A DNA stretch of 64,000 nucleotides. Origin: an uncultured Flavobacteriaceae bacterium (lineage in GTDB: Bacteria > Bacteroidota > Bacteroidia > Flavobacteriales > Flavobacteriaceae). The translations under genes were made by a program, and so were the position numbers. Location: positions 79,546 through 143,545 of the forward strand of contig CANNCM010000002.1 of NCBI GenBank assembly GCA_947503105.1. Direction: 5' to 3'. Positions 18,370 through 26,756 of the stretch are shown here, one piece after another; the stretch's first letter is position 1, and each line of letters opens with the position of its first letter. The notes under the pieces are model-generated. The model worked only from the letters and a program-made list of their open reading frames with translations. It searched no databases and was not told the origin of the DNA.

Positions 18370-19089
18370 ATGAAAGTAGATATTCTAGCCTTTGGAGCTC
18401 ATCCAGACGATGTAGAATTGAGTTGTGGCGGAACACTTCACAAAGCAATTCTCGATGGCAAAACTGTAGCTATCGTCGATCTTACGCGTGGTGAACTGGG
18501 TACAAGAGGGAGTGCAGAAATACGAAAAAAAGAGGCGAGCGCAGCTGCCAAAATTTTAGGAGTTTCGTTTAGAGACAATTTAGAATTTCCAGATGGTTTT
18601 GTGTTTAACACCAAAGAAAATCAATTAGAAATCATCAAAAAAATACGTCAATATCAGCCAGAAATTGTGTTTTGTAATGCTGTTGACGATCGTCATACCG
18701 ATCATGCCAAATCGAGTACTTTGGTACGCGAAGCTTGTTTTTTGAGTGGGTTGATAAAAATTGAAACCAAAAATACAAAAGGGGAGGTGCAAAGTGCTTG
18801 GCGTCCCAATGCCGTATATAGTTATATCCAATGGAAAAATAGTACGCCAGATTTTGTAGTTGATATCAGCGCTACCATAGATGTTAAAATGGCTGCTGTT
18901 GCGGCGTTTAAATCTCAATTTTTTGATCCCAACAGTAGCGCGCCAGAAACCCCTATTTCGAGTCAGAATTTCATGCATAGTATTCGTTACAGAGCTGCAG
19001 ACCTTGGACGATTGGTTCATACCGATTATGCTGAAGGATTTACTTCCGATCGCCTATTGGCAGTAAATTCTATATTTGATCTAAAATAA
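18370..19089 (+). CDS. bshB1: LmbE/PIG-L family deacetylase, bacillithiol biosynthesis BshB1-like
   Basis: AFGAHPDDVELSCGGT and HTDH metal-binding motifs. 239 aa. Only 4 nt after the upstream PLP enzyme gene. Confidence 0.75.
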   Translation: MKVDILAFGAHPDDVELSCGGTLHKAILDGKTVAIVDLTRGELGTRGSAEIRKKEASAAAKILGVSFRDNLEFPDGFVFNTKENQLEIIKKIRQYQPEIVFCNAVDDRHTDHAKSSTLVREACFLSGLIKIETKNTKGEVQSAWRPNAVYSYIQWKNSTPDFVVDISATIDVKMAAVAAFKSQFFDPNSSAPETPISSQNFMHSIRYRAADLGRLVHTDYAEGFTSDRLLAVNSIFDLK

Positions 19090-19127
19090 AATTAAAAAAA
19101 AATCTTTGTATAAAATCATAAATGCGC

Positions 19128-19135
19128 TACATTTG
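19128..19135 (+). promoter_or_regulatory. -7 box (TACATTTG) for tRNA-His, with an upstream TTG at 19106..19108
   Basis: Exact TAnnTTTG match about 25 nt upstream of the tRNA 5' end. The TTG lies 19 nt upstream of the box. Confidence 0.5.
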
Positions 19136-19159
19136 CACACGCATTTTTAAATGCCGAAT

Positions 19160-19237
19160 GGTGGTTGTAGCTCAGTTGGTTAGAGCGCCTGATTGTGGTT
19201 CAGGAGGTCGTCGGTTCGAGACCGATCTTCCACCCCA
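19160..19237 (+). tRNA. tRNA-His (anticodon GTG) with encoded G-1 and CCA
   Basis: Hand-folded cloverleaf: G-1, acceptor GUGGUUG/CUUCCAC, D arm GCUC-AGUUGGUUA-GAGC, anticodon arm CCUGA-UUGUGGU-UCAGG, T arm GUCGG-UUCGAGA-CCGAU, then C73 and CCA. Confidence 0.85.
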
Positions 19238-19242
19238 AAATA

Positions 19243-19274
19243 AAAAGCTTCTCTTTTTTAGAGAAGCTTTTTTG
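19243..19274. terminator. bidirectional hairpin terminator between tRNA-His and the M28 peptidase gene
   Basis: aaAAGCTTCTCTttttTAGAGAAGCTTtttt: the stem is flanked by A-runs and T-runs on both sides. Confidence 0.7.
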
Positions 19275-19295
19275 GTTTGTTATGGTTTGAATTAA

Positions 19296-20810
19296 TTACT
19301 CTGTAGCTTTATCCACCACCACACGTTCTTTTCTGTTGGCCAATTCCCATGCCGTATGAAAAACAAGACGCGTTCTGTTTTCCAATAAATCGTATTCTAT
19401 TTTATCTGGCGTATCAGTAGCTTTATGATAATCGGCATGTGTTCCATTAAAATAAAATATGATAGGAATATTATTTTTAGCAAAATTGTAATGGTCAGAT
19501 CGGTAATAAAAACGATTGGGATCATTTTCATCATTGTAGGTATAATCCAATTCTACATTGGTGTATTGTTTATTAACCTCTTCTGATAATTCATGAAGTT
19601 CTGTACTTAATTTATCACTTCCAATGAGGTAAATGTAATTTCGTTTTCCAGTGTTTCGCTTTGGATCCGTTCTTCCAATCATATCAATGTTTAGGTTTGC
19701 TACTGTGTTATCTAGAGCAACTATGGGATTATAGTCTGTATAATATTGAGAACCGAGCAATCCTTTTTCCTCTCCAGTGACATGTAAGAATACAACAGAT
19801 CGCTTTGGACCGTCTCCATTTTCAACTGCTTTTTGAAATGCTTCAGCTATTTCTAATATAGCCACTGTACCAGAACCATCATCGTCTGCACCATTAAAAA
19901 CTTCTCCATCGTGCATTCCAACGTGATCTAGGTGAGCAGAAAGAATAATGTATTCTTCAGGGATTTCTTGTCCAGAAATCATTGCGACAACATTTTCTGA
20001 GCGAATAGGTGTTGACACATTTTCAAATTGAATAGAAATGTTTTGTTTGTAAATTCCATTTTTATCTTTTATTAAACTCGTACCCATTTCATCGCTACCC
20101 AAAAAACCATAAAATGAATTTGAATCAACATCTAGAGCTAAATTACTTTCACCTCCACGCTTTTCAACCGCTTTATAATATGTAGAATAACGTTTAAACA
20201 TCGCATTATCAATCAAGAAAAAAGCTTTTGCACCCAAATCTCTAGCAAGATTACGTTTAGAACTCAAAGCTTGTCTCCCATTAGACCATTTTGAAATATC
20301 TTTTGTTCCAGAAACAATATAATTCCCATTATCGTCTTGGGGCTCGCCACCAATTGCAATGACAATTTTTCCAGTAACATCTAAATCTTCATAGTCATTA
20401 TATAAAGTACTTTTGATGCCATATCCAGCAAAAACATATTCTTTTGCTTCAATTAAAGCCGTTTCTCCACTGGCGACTGCAACAAAATCATTGTAGTAAC
20501 TGTAAGTGTTTTCTCCAACAGCTATACTTACTTTAGGTGTTTTTATAACTTTCAATGGAACGTTTTGAAAATAATCTCCATTGGACTTAGCAGCACCAAC
20601 ACCAAGGGCTTGATATTGTTGTCTTAGGTACTCAATAGCTATTTTTTGACCTTCTGTTCCAGTTTCTCTTCCTTGAAACTCATCCGAAGCATAAGTATAT
20701 AACTTTTCTTTAAGGTCGTCTGCATTAATCTCATCGGCATAAATGCTCGGGTTTTGAGAAAAAAGAGTTATTGAAAATGATAAAAGAGATAATACGGTGT
20801 AAAATTTCAT
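19296..20810 (-). CDS. secreted M28 family aminopeptidase with PA domain
   Basis: Signal peptide, then zinc ligands in SAHLDHVG, NGADDDGSG, TGEEKGLLGS and HADYH. Confidence 0.85.
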   Translation of the reverse strand: MKFYTVLSLLSFSITLFSQNPSIYADEINADDLKEKLYTYASDEFQGRETGTEGQKIAIEYLRQQYQALGVGAAKSNGDYFQNVPLKVIKTPKVSIAVGENTYSYYNDFVAVASGETALIEAKEYVFAGYGIKSTLYNDYEDLDVTGKIVIAIGGEPQDDNGNYIVSGTKDISKWSNGRQALSSKRNLARDLGAKAFFLIDNAMFKRYSTYYKAVEKRGGESNLALDVDSNSFYGFLGSDEMGTSLIKDKNGIYKQNISIQFENVSTPIRSENVVAMISGQEIPEEYIILSAHLDHVGMHDGEVFNGADDDGSGTVAILEIAEAFQKAVENGDGPKRSVVFLHVTGEEKGLLGSQYYTDYNPIVALDNTVANLNIDMIGRTDPKRNTGKRNYIYLIGSDKLSTELHELSEEVNKQYTNVELDYTYNDENDPNRFYYRSDHYNFAKNNIPIIFYFNGTHADYHKATDTPDKIEYDLLENRTRLVFHTAWELANRKERVVVDKATE

Positions 20811-21002
20811 AATTGATTTTTAAAATTGATGTATTGATAATTACAAATTTCGTTTAAAAAATCCAAAATAATATAATAAAGTGTTAAATTAATTATAAAG
20901 CTAAAAACCGCTATCCTCTTAACAACTCTATAAAGTGCACGATTTTATCGATGAAATTGAAAAAAAAATTGAATTTTATAACAATTGATGAAATATTTTG
21001 TA

Positions 21003-21010
21003 TAAATTTG
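21003..21010 (+). promoter_or_regulatory. -7 box (TAAATTTG) for the 220-aa OMP gene
   Basis: Exact TAnnTTTG match, 32 nt upstream of the ATG at 21042. Confidence 0.45.
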
Positions 21011-21041
21011 CCACATTAATCATAAACAAAAAAAATTAATT

Positions 21042-21704
21042 ATGAAAAAATTATTTTTAATTGCAGCTTTATCAACATTTGCTTTTGGTACTGCTCAAAT
21101 TACTACTGATGCAGGTACTTTTAACAAGCCATCTGCTGGTTCTACTATCTTTGAATTATCATTTACTGCTAATTTTGCAGGAAGTGGTCTTGCTATTGAT
21201 GGTGAGTCTACACCGTCAATGATTTCTATGCCAGAAATTCCAGGAGGTGCTACATTCATGATGCGTAAGTTTGATTCTGACACTAAGGCAAAGCGTTATT
21301 TTGCAAGATTCGATTACACTGATTCTGGACAAGACGGAGTTGATGCTGACTTTGCAATTGCTGCAGGTATGGGTATCGAAAACCATTTGACTGGTGCTGA
21401 GCGTTTGTCTACGTATTGGGGATACCATGGAATAATTGGTTATTCTACAACTACTGAAGAATTTACTGATTTTGATGAATTTGGAAATGAAATGATGGGC
21501 TCAGCTGGAGTAGATACTTTCTCTATAACAGGTGGTGTTTTTGTTGGTGCTGATTATTACTTTATACCTAATGTTTATTTTGGTGTTGAGTTAGGGTACG
21601 GACTTAGTATCAATTCTGTAGACGCTGAAGGTTCTGACAATGTAACTTCAATTGGTCTTGGAGGTTCTGTAACTGGAAACTTCCGTATGGGATTCATCCT
21701 ATAA
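21042..21704 (+). CDS. outer-membrane beta-barrel protein (220 aa)
   Basis: Signal peptide MKKLFLIAALSTFAFGTAQ, alternating G/aromatic-rich strands, and a C-terminal aromatic-containing strand NFRMGFIL. Confidence 0.65.
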   Translation: MKKLFLIAALSTFAFGTAQITTDAGTFNKPSAGSTIFELSFTANFAGSGLAIDGESTPSMISMPEIPGGATFMMRKFDSDTKAKRYFARFDYTDSGQDGVDADFAIAAGMGIENHLTGAERLSTYWGYHGIIGYSTTTEEFTDFDEFGNEMMGSAGVDTFSITGGVFVGADYYFIPNVYFGVELGYGLSINSVDAEGSDNVTSIGLGGSVTGNFRMGFIL

Positions 21705-21724
21705 GATAAACACAAAACATATCT

Positions 21725-21755
21725 AAAAGCGATGCCTAGCATCGCTTTTTTTTTT
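21725..21755 (+). terminator. Rho-independent terminator (copy 1 of an identical hairpin)
   Basis: AAAGCGATGC-cta-GCATCGCTTT: a 10-bp perfect stem followed by a T-run. Confidence 0.8.
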
Positions 21756-21796
21756 GCCATACAACAAATTTGTACAAGGAATTAAATTATTTTGTT

Positions 21797-21804
21797 TAAA
21801 TTTG
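21797..21804 (+). promoter_or_regulatory. -7 box (TAAATTTG) for the porin-like gene
   Basis: Exact TAnnTTTG match, 25 nt upstream of the ATG at 21829. Confidence 0.45.
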
Positions 21805-21828
21805 TATTTGCAACCATAAACAAATATT

Positions 21829-22854
21829 ATGAAAAAAATTTTAACACTAATCGCATTGTCTGTGTTGACATTGTCTTTTGGTCAAGATGAAGAATCGAAA
21901 TTTAAATTTAACGGTTCTGTCGATGCATACTGGAGATCAAATATTAATGCTCCTAACGATGAGGTAAACGAAGGAACTCTTCCTTATGCTCCTCCAAGTT
22001 CTTTTGTAAATATGCCTGGTTTTTCTTTGGGCATGGCAAACCTTGTAGCATCATACGAAGATGATAAAGTTGGTTTTGTCGCAGATTTAGCATACGGGCC
22101 AAGAGCCGATCAGGCTATCAATCCTAACGGAGCAACAAACAATGCTGCTATCAACCAAATGTATATGTTCTGGAAAGTTACAGAGAATACAACAGCTACA
22201 ATGGGACGTTTCAATACATTTCTAGGTATTGAAAGAATCTCACCAGTTGAGAATTTTAATTATAGTATGTCTCATGCGTTTACTTTTGGACCAAGAAATC
22301 ACAATGGTTTGATGCTTGACTTTAAACTCAAAAACAACTGGACAATGAAATTGGCAGTAATGAACCCAATGGAAGTAACAGATTTTAACAATACTGGCCA
22401 CTACTCAGTTGGTGGACAAATTATCAATGGTAACTTTAAGTTTGGTTATGTACGTAGCCAACGCTCTAGTTTTATTGATATTGTTACTGGCTTTGATATT
22501 TCAGATAAAATTCAAATGGGTTTAAATGCTCAATTTGCTAATTATGAAAATGGTGTTCTTGAAGGTAGAATTGGTGATGAATACACCTCTTTATCTATCT
22601 ACCCGCAATACACTGCTTCAGAGTCGATGTCTTGGGGTGTTCGTTTAGAATATATTGCTTTTGGCCCAGTAGCAGATAGTGATGTTCTTAGTGTTGTAAC
22701 TCCAACATTAACAGCAAATTATCAAGTTGGAGGTTTAACTATAAAACCAGAATTTAGGCTTGATTCATCTTCTCAGGATATTTTCATCAACAACGATGGG
22801 AATGGGTCAGGAACGCTTTCTTCTTTTGTTTTAGGAGCTGTGTATAGCTTCTAA
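21829..22854 (+). CDS. outer-membrane porin-like beta-barrel protein (341 aa)
   Basis: Signal peptide, then FKFNGSVDAYWRSN, beta-strand periodicity throughout, and a C-terminal GAVYSF. Confidence 0.65.
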   Translation: MKKILTLIALSVLTLSFGQDEESKFKFNGSVDAYWRSNINAPNDEVNEGTLPYAPPSSFVNMPGFSLGMANLVASYEDDKVGFVADLAYGPRADQAINPNGATNNAAINQMYMFWKVTENTTATMGRFNTFLGIERISPVENFNYSMSHAFTFGPRNHNGLMLDFKLKNNWTMKLAVMNPMEVTDFNNTGHYSVGGQIINGNFKFGYVRSQRSSFIDIVTGFDISDKIQMGLNAQFANYENGVLEGRIGDEYTSLSIYPQYTASESMSWGVRLEYIAFGPVADSDVLSVVTPTLTANYQVGGLTIKPEFRLDSSSQDIFINNDGNGSGTLSSFVLGAVYSF

Positions 22855-22876
22855 TCAATAGCATTATATAAAATTT

Positions 22877-22904
22877 AAAAGCGATGCCTAGCATCGCTTT
22901 TTTT
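22877..22904 (+). terminator. Rho-independent terminator (copy 2, identical hairpin)
   Basis: Same taaaagcgatgcctagcatcgcttttttt sequence as at 21725. Confidence 0.8.
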
Positions 22905-22932
22905 GTTTTTATAACTTTTGTACTTTTACCAC

Positions 22933-23349
22933 ATGAAAAATATCATCATCATTAATGGTCCTAATTTGAATTTGTTAGGAAAACGAGAACCCGAAATTTA
23001 TGGTTCACAAACCTTTGAAGCTTTTTTTGATGAATTACAGACTGCCTTTCCGCAATTCAAATTACATTATTTTCAATCTAACATTGAAGGGGAGCTTATC
23101 GATAAACTCCACGAGGTTGGGTTTTCTTACGATGGTATTATTCTCAATGCTGCTGCTTATACCCACACTTCGGTAGGTATCGGTGATGCCATTAAGGGGA
23201 TTTCTTCGCCTGTTATTGAGGTGCATATTTCAAACACGTATAGTCGCGAGGAATTCCGTCATCAATCCTTTATCTCACCCAATGCAAAGGGTGTAATTTT
23301 GGGCTTTGGTCTTAAAAGCTATACGCTAGCGCTTCAAAGTTTTTTATAA
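22933..23349 (+). CDS. aroQ: type II 3-dehydroquinate dehydratase
   Basis: MKNIIIINGPNLNLLGKREPEIYG, AAYTHTS and HISN motifs. The ATG at 22933 is preferred over the upstream TTG. Confidence 0.9.
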   Translation: MKNIIIINGPNLNLLGKREPEIYGSQTFEAFFDELQTAFPQFKLHYFQSNIEGELIDKLHEVGFSYDGIILNAAAYTHTSVGIGDAIKGISSPVIEVHISNTYSREEFRHQSFISPNAKGVILGFGLKSYTLALQSFL

Positions 23350-23353
23350 GACT

Positions 23354-23386
23354 AAAAAAAAAGACGGTCATTGACCGCCTTTTTTA
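23354..23386. terminator. bidirectional hairpin between aroQ and lpd copy 2
   Basis: An A-run, then gaCGGTCattGACCGcc, then a T-run. The stem is short, so this call is weaker. Confidence 0.45.
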
Positions 23387-23401
23387 TTTCATTGTATTTT
23401 T

Positions 23402-24778
23402 TTAAATATGAATAACTTCGTCGTAGGCATCTGCAACGGCCTCCATAACAGCTTCACTCATTGTTGGGTGAGGGTGTACTGTTTTTAAAACCTCATGGCC
23501 AGTGGTTTCCAATTTACGTCCCAAAACAGCTTCTGCAATCATATCGGTAACGCCTGCGCCAATCATATGACACCCTAACCATTCGCCATATTTGGCGTCA
23601 AAAATGACTTTTACAAAACCTTCTGTATTACCGCCTGCACTGGCTTTTCCTGATGCAGAAAATGGAAATTTACCAACTTTGATCTCCAAACCTTGTTCTT
23701 TGGCTTGGGCTTCTGTAAGACCTACACTTGCGACCTCTGGACTACAATACGTACAGCCAGGAATATTGCCATAATCTAAAGCTTCAATATGCTGTCCTGC
23801 AATTTTCTCGACACACAAAATCCCTTCTGCAGAAGCCACGTGCGCTAAGGCAGGGCCAGGAGTGACATCGCCAATGGCATAATATCCAGGCATATTAGTT
23901 TGATAGAAATCATTGACTAAAATCTTATCGCGATCAGTCACAATTCCAACGTCTTCTAAGCCTATATTTTCAATATTTGTTTTGATACCAACGGCAGAAA
24001 GCACCACATCAGCTTCAAGAATTTCTTCTCCTTTTTTAGTTTTTACTGTGGCTTTTACACCTTCTCCAGAAGGATCAACTCCAGTAACTTCTGTAGAGGT
24101 CATAATTTTGATGCCACTTTTCTTGAATGATCGTTCTAGTTGTTTTGAAATCTCTTCATCTTCAACAGGAACAATACGTGGCATATATTCTACAACGGTA
24201 ACTTCTGTACCCATTGCATTGTAGAAATAAGCAAATTCGACGCCAATGGCCCCCGAACCAACAATAATGAGTTTTTTTGGTTGTTTTTCCAACGTCATGG
24301 CTTTGCGATACCCAATAACTTTTTTACCGTCTTGAGGAAGACTAGGGAGTTCGCGAGAGCGAGCTCCAGTGGCAATAATGATATGATCGGCACTGTATTC
24401 TTTGCCGTCAACATCCACTTTTTTGCCTGGTTTGATTTTTCCATAGCCAGAGATAACATCAATTTTATTTTTTTTCATCAAAAACTGAACACCTTTGCTC
24501 ATCCCTTCGGCAACATTACGGCTACGGTTGACAACGGCATCAAAATCTTTGTCATAGTCTTTAACGGTCAGGCCATAATCTCCTGCGTGTTTGAGATATT
24601 CAAAAACTTGTGCCGATTTTAGAAGTGCTTTTGTTGGAATACATCCCCAATTGAGACAAACGCCTCCTAAGCTTTCCTTTTCAATTACAGCCGTTTTGAG
24701 TCCTAATTGAGAAGCACGTATGGCGGTAACATAGCCGCCAGGTCCACTCCCCAAAACAATCACATCATATTTACTCAT
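23402..24778 (-). CDS. lpdA: dihydrolipoyl dehydrogenase (E3), copy 2
   Basis: 458 aa with VLGSGPGGY, GGVCLNWGCIPTK and HPHPTMSE. Clearly a diverged paralogue of the 3705..5105 copy. Confidence 0.9.
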   Translation of the reverse strand: MSKYDVIVLGSGPGGYVTAIRASQLGLKTAVIEKESLGGVCLNWGCIPTKALLKSAQVFEYLKHAGDYGLTVKDYDKDFDAVVNRSRNVAEGMSKGVQFLMKKNKIDVISGYGKIKPGKKVDVDGKEYSADHIIIATGARSRELPSLPQDGKKVIGYRKAMTLEKQPKKLIIVGSGAIGVEFAYFYNAMGTEVTVVEYMPRIVPVEDEEISKQLERSFKKSGIKIMTSTEVTGVDPSGEGVKATVKTKKGEEILEADVVLSAVGIKTNIENIGLEDVGIVTDRDKILVNDFYQTNMPGYYAIGDVTPGPALAHVASAEGILCVEKIAGQHIEALDYGNIPGCTYCSPEVASVGLTEAQAKEQGLEIKVGKFPFSASGKASAGGNTEGFVKVIFDAKYGEWLGCHMIGAGVTDMIAEAVLGRKLETTGHEVLKTVHPHPTMSEAVMEAVADAYDEVIHI

Positions 24779-24809
24779 ACCTAATATCTTTAGTCGTTGT
24801 TAGAAGTTG

Positions 24810-24817
24810 CAAATTTA
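24810..24817 (-). promoter_or_regulatory. -7 box (TAAATTTG on the minus strand) for lpd copy 2
   Basis: Plus-strand CAAATTTA, 32 nt upstream of the ATG at 24778. Confidence 0.45.
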
Positions 24818-24877
24818 CAAAACCTAAAACTATAAATAAAAAAGAAATGAACTAAAGTAAAGGAAGTATTTTGGGTG

Positions 24878-25273
24878 TTATGATTTTTTAAAATCTATGC
24901 TTAATGAATTGACACAGTAGCGTGTTCCAGTCGCTGTTGGTCCATCATTAAAGACATGGCCCAAATGGCCATTACAAGAAGCGCAAATAATTTCTGTTCG
25001 AATCATGCCATGACTCTTATCCAGTTTGTATTCTACATGACCTTTAATCGAAGCCTCAAAACTTGGCCATCCACAACCAGCATCAAATTTGGTTTGACTT
25101 TCAAATAATGGTGTGTTGCATCCAGCACAGTGATACACTCCATTTTCAAAATGAAGATTATAAGCTCCAGAATGTGGCATTTCTGTGCCTTTTTTTCTTA
25201 AAATTCGGTATTGAGCTTCACTAAGCTCATTTTTCCATTCTAATTCTGATTTTTCGATTTTTGATGTACTCAT
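24878..25273 (-). CDS. msrB: peptide-methionine (R)-S-oxide reductase, cytoplasmic form
   Basis: Zinc CxxC pairs (CAGCNTP, CASCNGHLGHVF) and the catalytic RYCVNS. Start MSTSKIEK at 25273 overlaps the upstream stop as ATGA. Confidence 0.9.
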   Translation of the reverse strand: MSTSKIEKSELEWKNELSEAQYRILRKKGTEMPHSGAYNLHFENGVYHCAGCNTPLFESQTKFDAGCGWPSFEASIKGHVEYKLDKSHGMIRTEIICASCNGHLGHVFNDGPTATGTRYCVNSLSIDFKKS

Positions 25274-25743
25274 TCCTTTGGAATAAATTTCAGTGCAGCG
25301 CCGTTGATACAATGACGTTTTCCTGTAGTCTTTCTAGGGCCATCATTAAAAACATGTCCTAAATGGCCACCACAAGTCGCACAATGTTCCTCGCTACGTG
25401 CCATCCCAATCGTATAATCTACTGAAAAAGCCACATTGCCTTTTATCTCTCGATCAAAACTAGGCCACCCTGTTCCAGAGTTAAACTTGTGTTCGCTCTT
25501 AAAAAGAGGAGTTTCACAAGCCGCACAGACATAAATTCCTGGGCTATAATTTTTATCCAAAGGGCTCGAAAAAGCACGCTCTGTGCCTTCTTTGCGCAAG
25601 ACATAATATTGAATATCTGTAAGTTGAGATTTCCATTCTGCTTCAGACTTATTGATTTTGAAGGTTTCTTTTTTTTGAGCTTCCGATTTGCATGAACACA
25701 AACAAGCAATACACAATGTAACGACTAATTTTTTAAGCTGCAT
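25270..25743 (-). CDS. msrB: peptide-methionine (R)-S-oxide reductase with lipoprotein-type signal peptide
   Basis: The N-terminus MQLKKLVVTLCIACLCSCKSEAQ is hydrophobic with Cys residues. It is followed by a full MsrB domain (CAACETP, CATCGGHLGHVF, RHCING). Confidence 0.85.
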   Translation of the reverse strand: MQLKKLVVTLCIACLCSCKSEAQKKETFKINKSEAEWKSQLTDIQYYVLRKEGTERAFSSPLDKNYSPGIYVCAACETPLFKSEHKFNSGTGWPSFDREIKGNVAFSVDYTIGMARSEEHCATCGGHLGHVFNDGPRKTTGKRHCINGAALKFIPKE

Positions 25744-25797
25744 GGGTTTATTTTAATGGTATAAAATTAGTTATTTTTAGATGTAAATTATTTTTTT

Positions 25798-25813
25798 TCA
25801 CAAAACTTTGTGA
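25798..25813. promoter_or_regulatory. palindrome TCACAAA-AC-TTTGTGA in the msrB / M48 divergent promoter region
   Basis: Perfect 7-bp arms with a 2-nt spacer, read directly from the sequence. No binding factor is known. Confidence 0.3.
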
Positions 25814-25879
25814 CTATTTTTAAATTTTTGTGTCTAACACTATGGAATGCTTTTTGTTAATAAATTATAAACCGTTTTT

Positions 25880-26692
25880 ATGAAAACAAAGATTTTATTT
25901 TTTTTAGTGCTTTTTTTAGCTATTTCTTGTGCTACAAATCCTTTCACAGGAAAAAAGACCATGGCCTTAGTGCCAAATTCACAAATACTACCAATGGCTT
26001 TTGCCCAATACGATAAGTTTCTTACAGAAAACAAAGTTATTACAGGTACAGCAGAATCTGAAATGGTAAAACGTGTAGGACAACGTATATCTGCCGCTGC
26101 AAAACGATGGTTGGATGCTAATAATTACCAAGGTTATTTGAAAGACTACAAATGGGAATATAATTTAGTTCAAGATGAAACCGTAAACGCTTGGTGTATG
26201 CCGGGTGGCAAAATTGTCTTTTACACAGGAATCCTTCCTATTGCCGACAACGAAACAGGAGTTGCTGCTATTATGGGTCATGAAGTTGCACATGCATTGG
26301 CTAACCATGGCCAACAACGTATGAGTGCAGGGATGATGCAGCAAATAGGGGCGGTAGCTGGTAACGTTGCCATTAAAGACGATGAAAAAAGGAATGCTTT
26401 TAATAAATATTATGGTGTTGGAAGTACGGTTTTAGGGGTTCTACCATTTAGCCGTTCTCATGAAGCAGAAGCCGATAAAATAGGAGTGTACATCATGGCT
26501 ATTGCAGGGTATAACCCCGATGAAGCCTCAAGACTTTGGGAACGTATGAAAGCCAATAATAATGGCAAAAAAGGGCCGCCAGAATTTTTAAGTACTCATC
26601 CCTCCAATGATTCTCGAATTGCCAATTTACGTGCCTTGGCACCCGCTGCACGTGCAGAAGCACAAAAATTTGGTATAACGAGTTTTCGATAA
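25880..26692 (+). CDS. M48 family zinc metalloprotease lipoprotein
   Basis: Lipobox LAISC, HEXXH as GHEVAHALANH, and a downstream EAEADKIG. Confidence 0.85.
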   Translation: MKTKILFFLVLFLAISCATNPFTGKKTMALVPNSQILPMAFAQYDKFLTENKVITGTAESEMVKRVGQRISAAAKRWLDANNYQGYLKDYKWEYNLVQDETVNAWCMPGGKIVFYTGILPIADNETGVAAIMGHEVAHALANHGQQRMSAGMMQQIGAVAGNVAIKDDEKRNAFNKYYGVGSTVLGVLPFSRSHEAEADKIGVYIMAIAGYNPDEASRLWERMKANNNGKKGPPEFLSTHPSNDSRIANLRALAPAARAEAQKFGITSFR

Positions 26693-26728
26693 AATTGAAT
26701 TATATTATAAAATAAATACCTAAATTGT

Positions 26729-26756
26729 AAGCTGCTTATTCAAAGCAGCTTTTTTT
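26729..26756 (+). terminator. Rho-independent terminator after the M48 gene, abutting the next ATG
   Basis: AAGCTGCTT-attca-AAGCAGCTT: a 9-bp perfect stem plus a T-run. Confidence 0.7.

Noticed and set aside
19160-20810. tRNA-His as an integration site for a genomic island
   Set aside because: The tRNA is followed directly by a terminator and a housekeeping-type M28 peptidase gene. There is no integrase, and I saw no repeat of the tRNA 3' end or compositional break downstream.
20811-21041. Six AATTGA repeats in the M28 / OMP intergenic region
   Set aside because: This is a short hexamer in very AT-rich DNA with irregular spacing, and is easily explained by chance.
3705-24778. The two lpd genes as a recent duplication
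   Set aside because: By eye the protein sequences are only moderately similar, and the nucleotide sequences are not alike. They are old paralogues that probably serve different 2-oxoacid or glycine-cleavage complexes.
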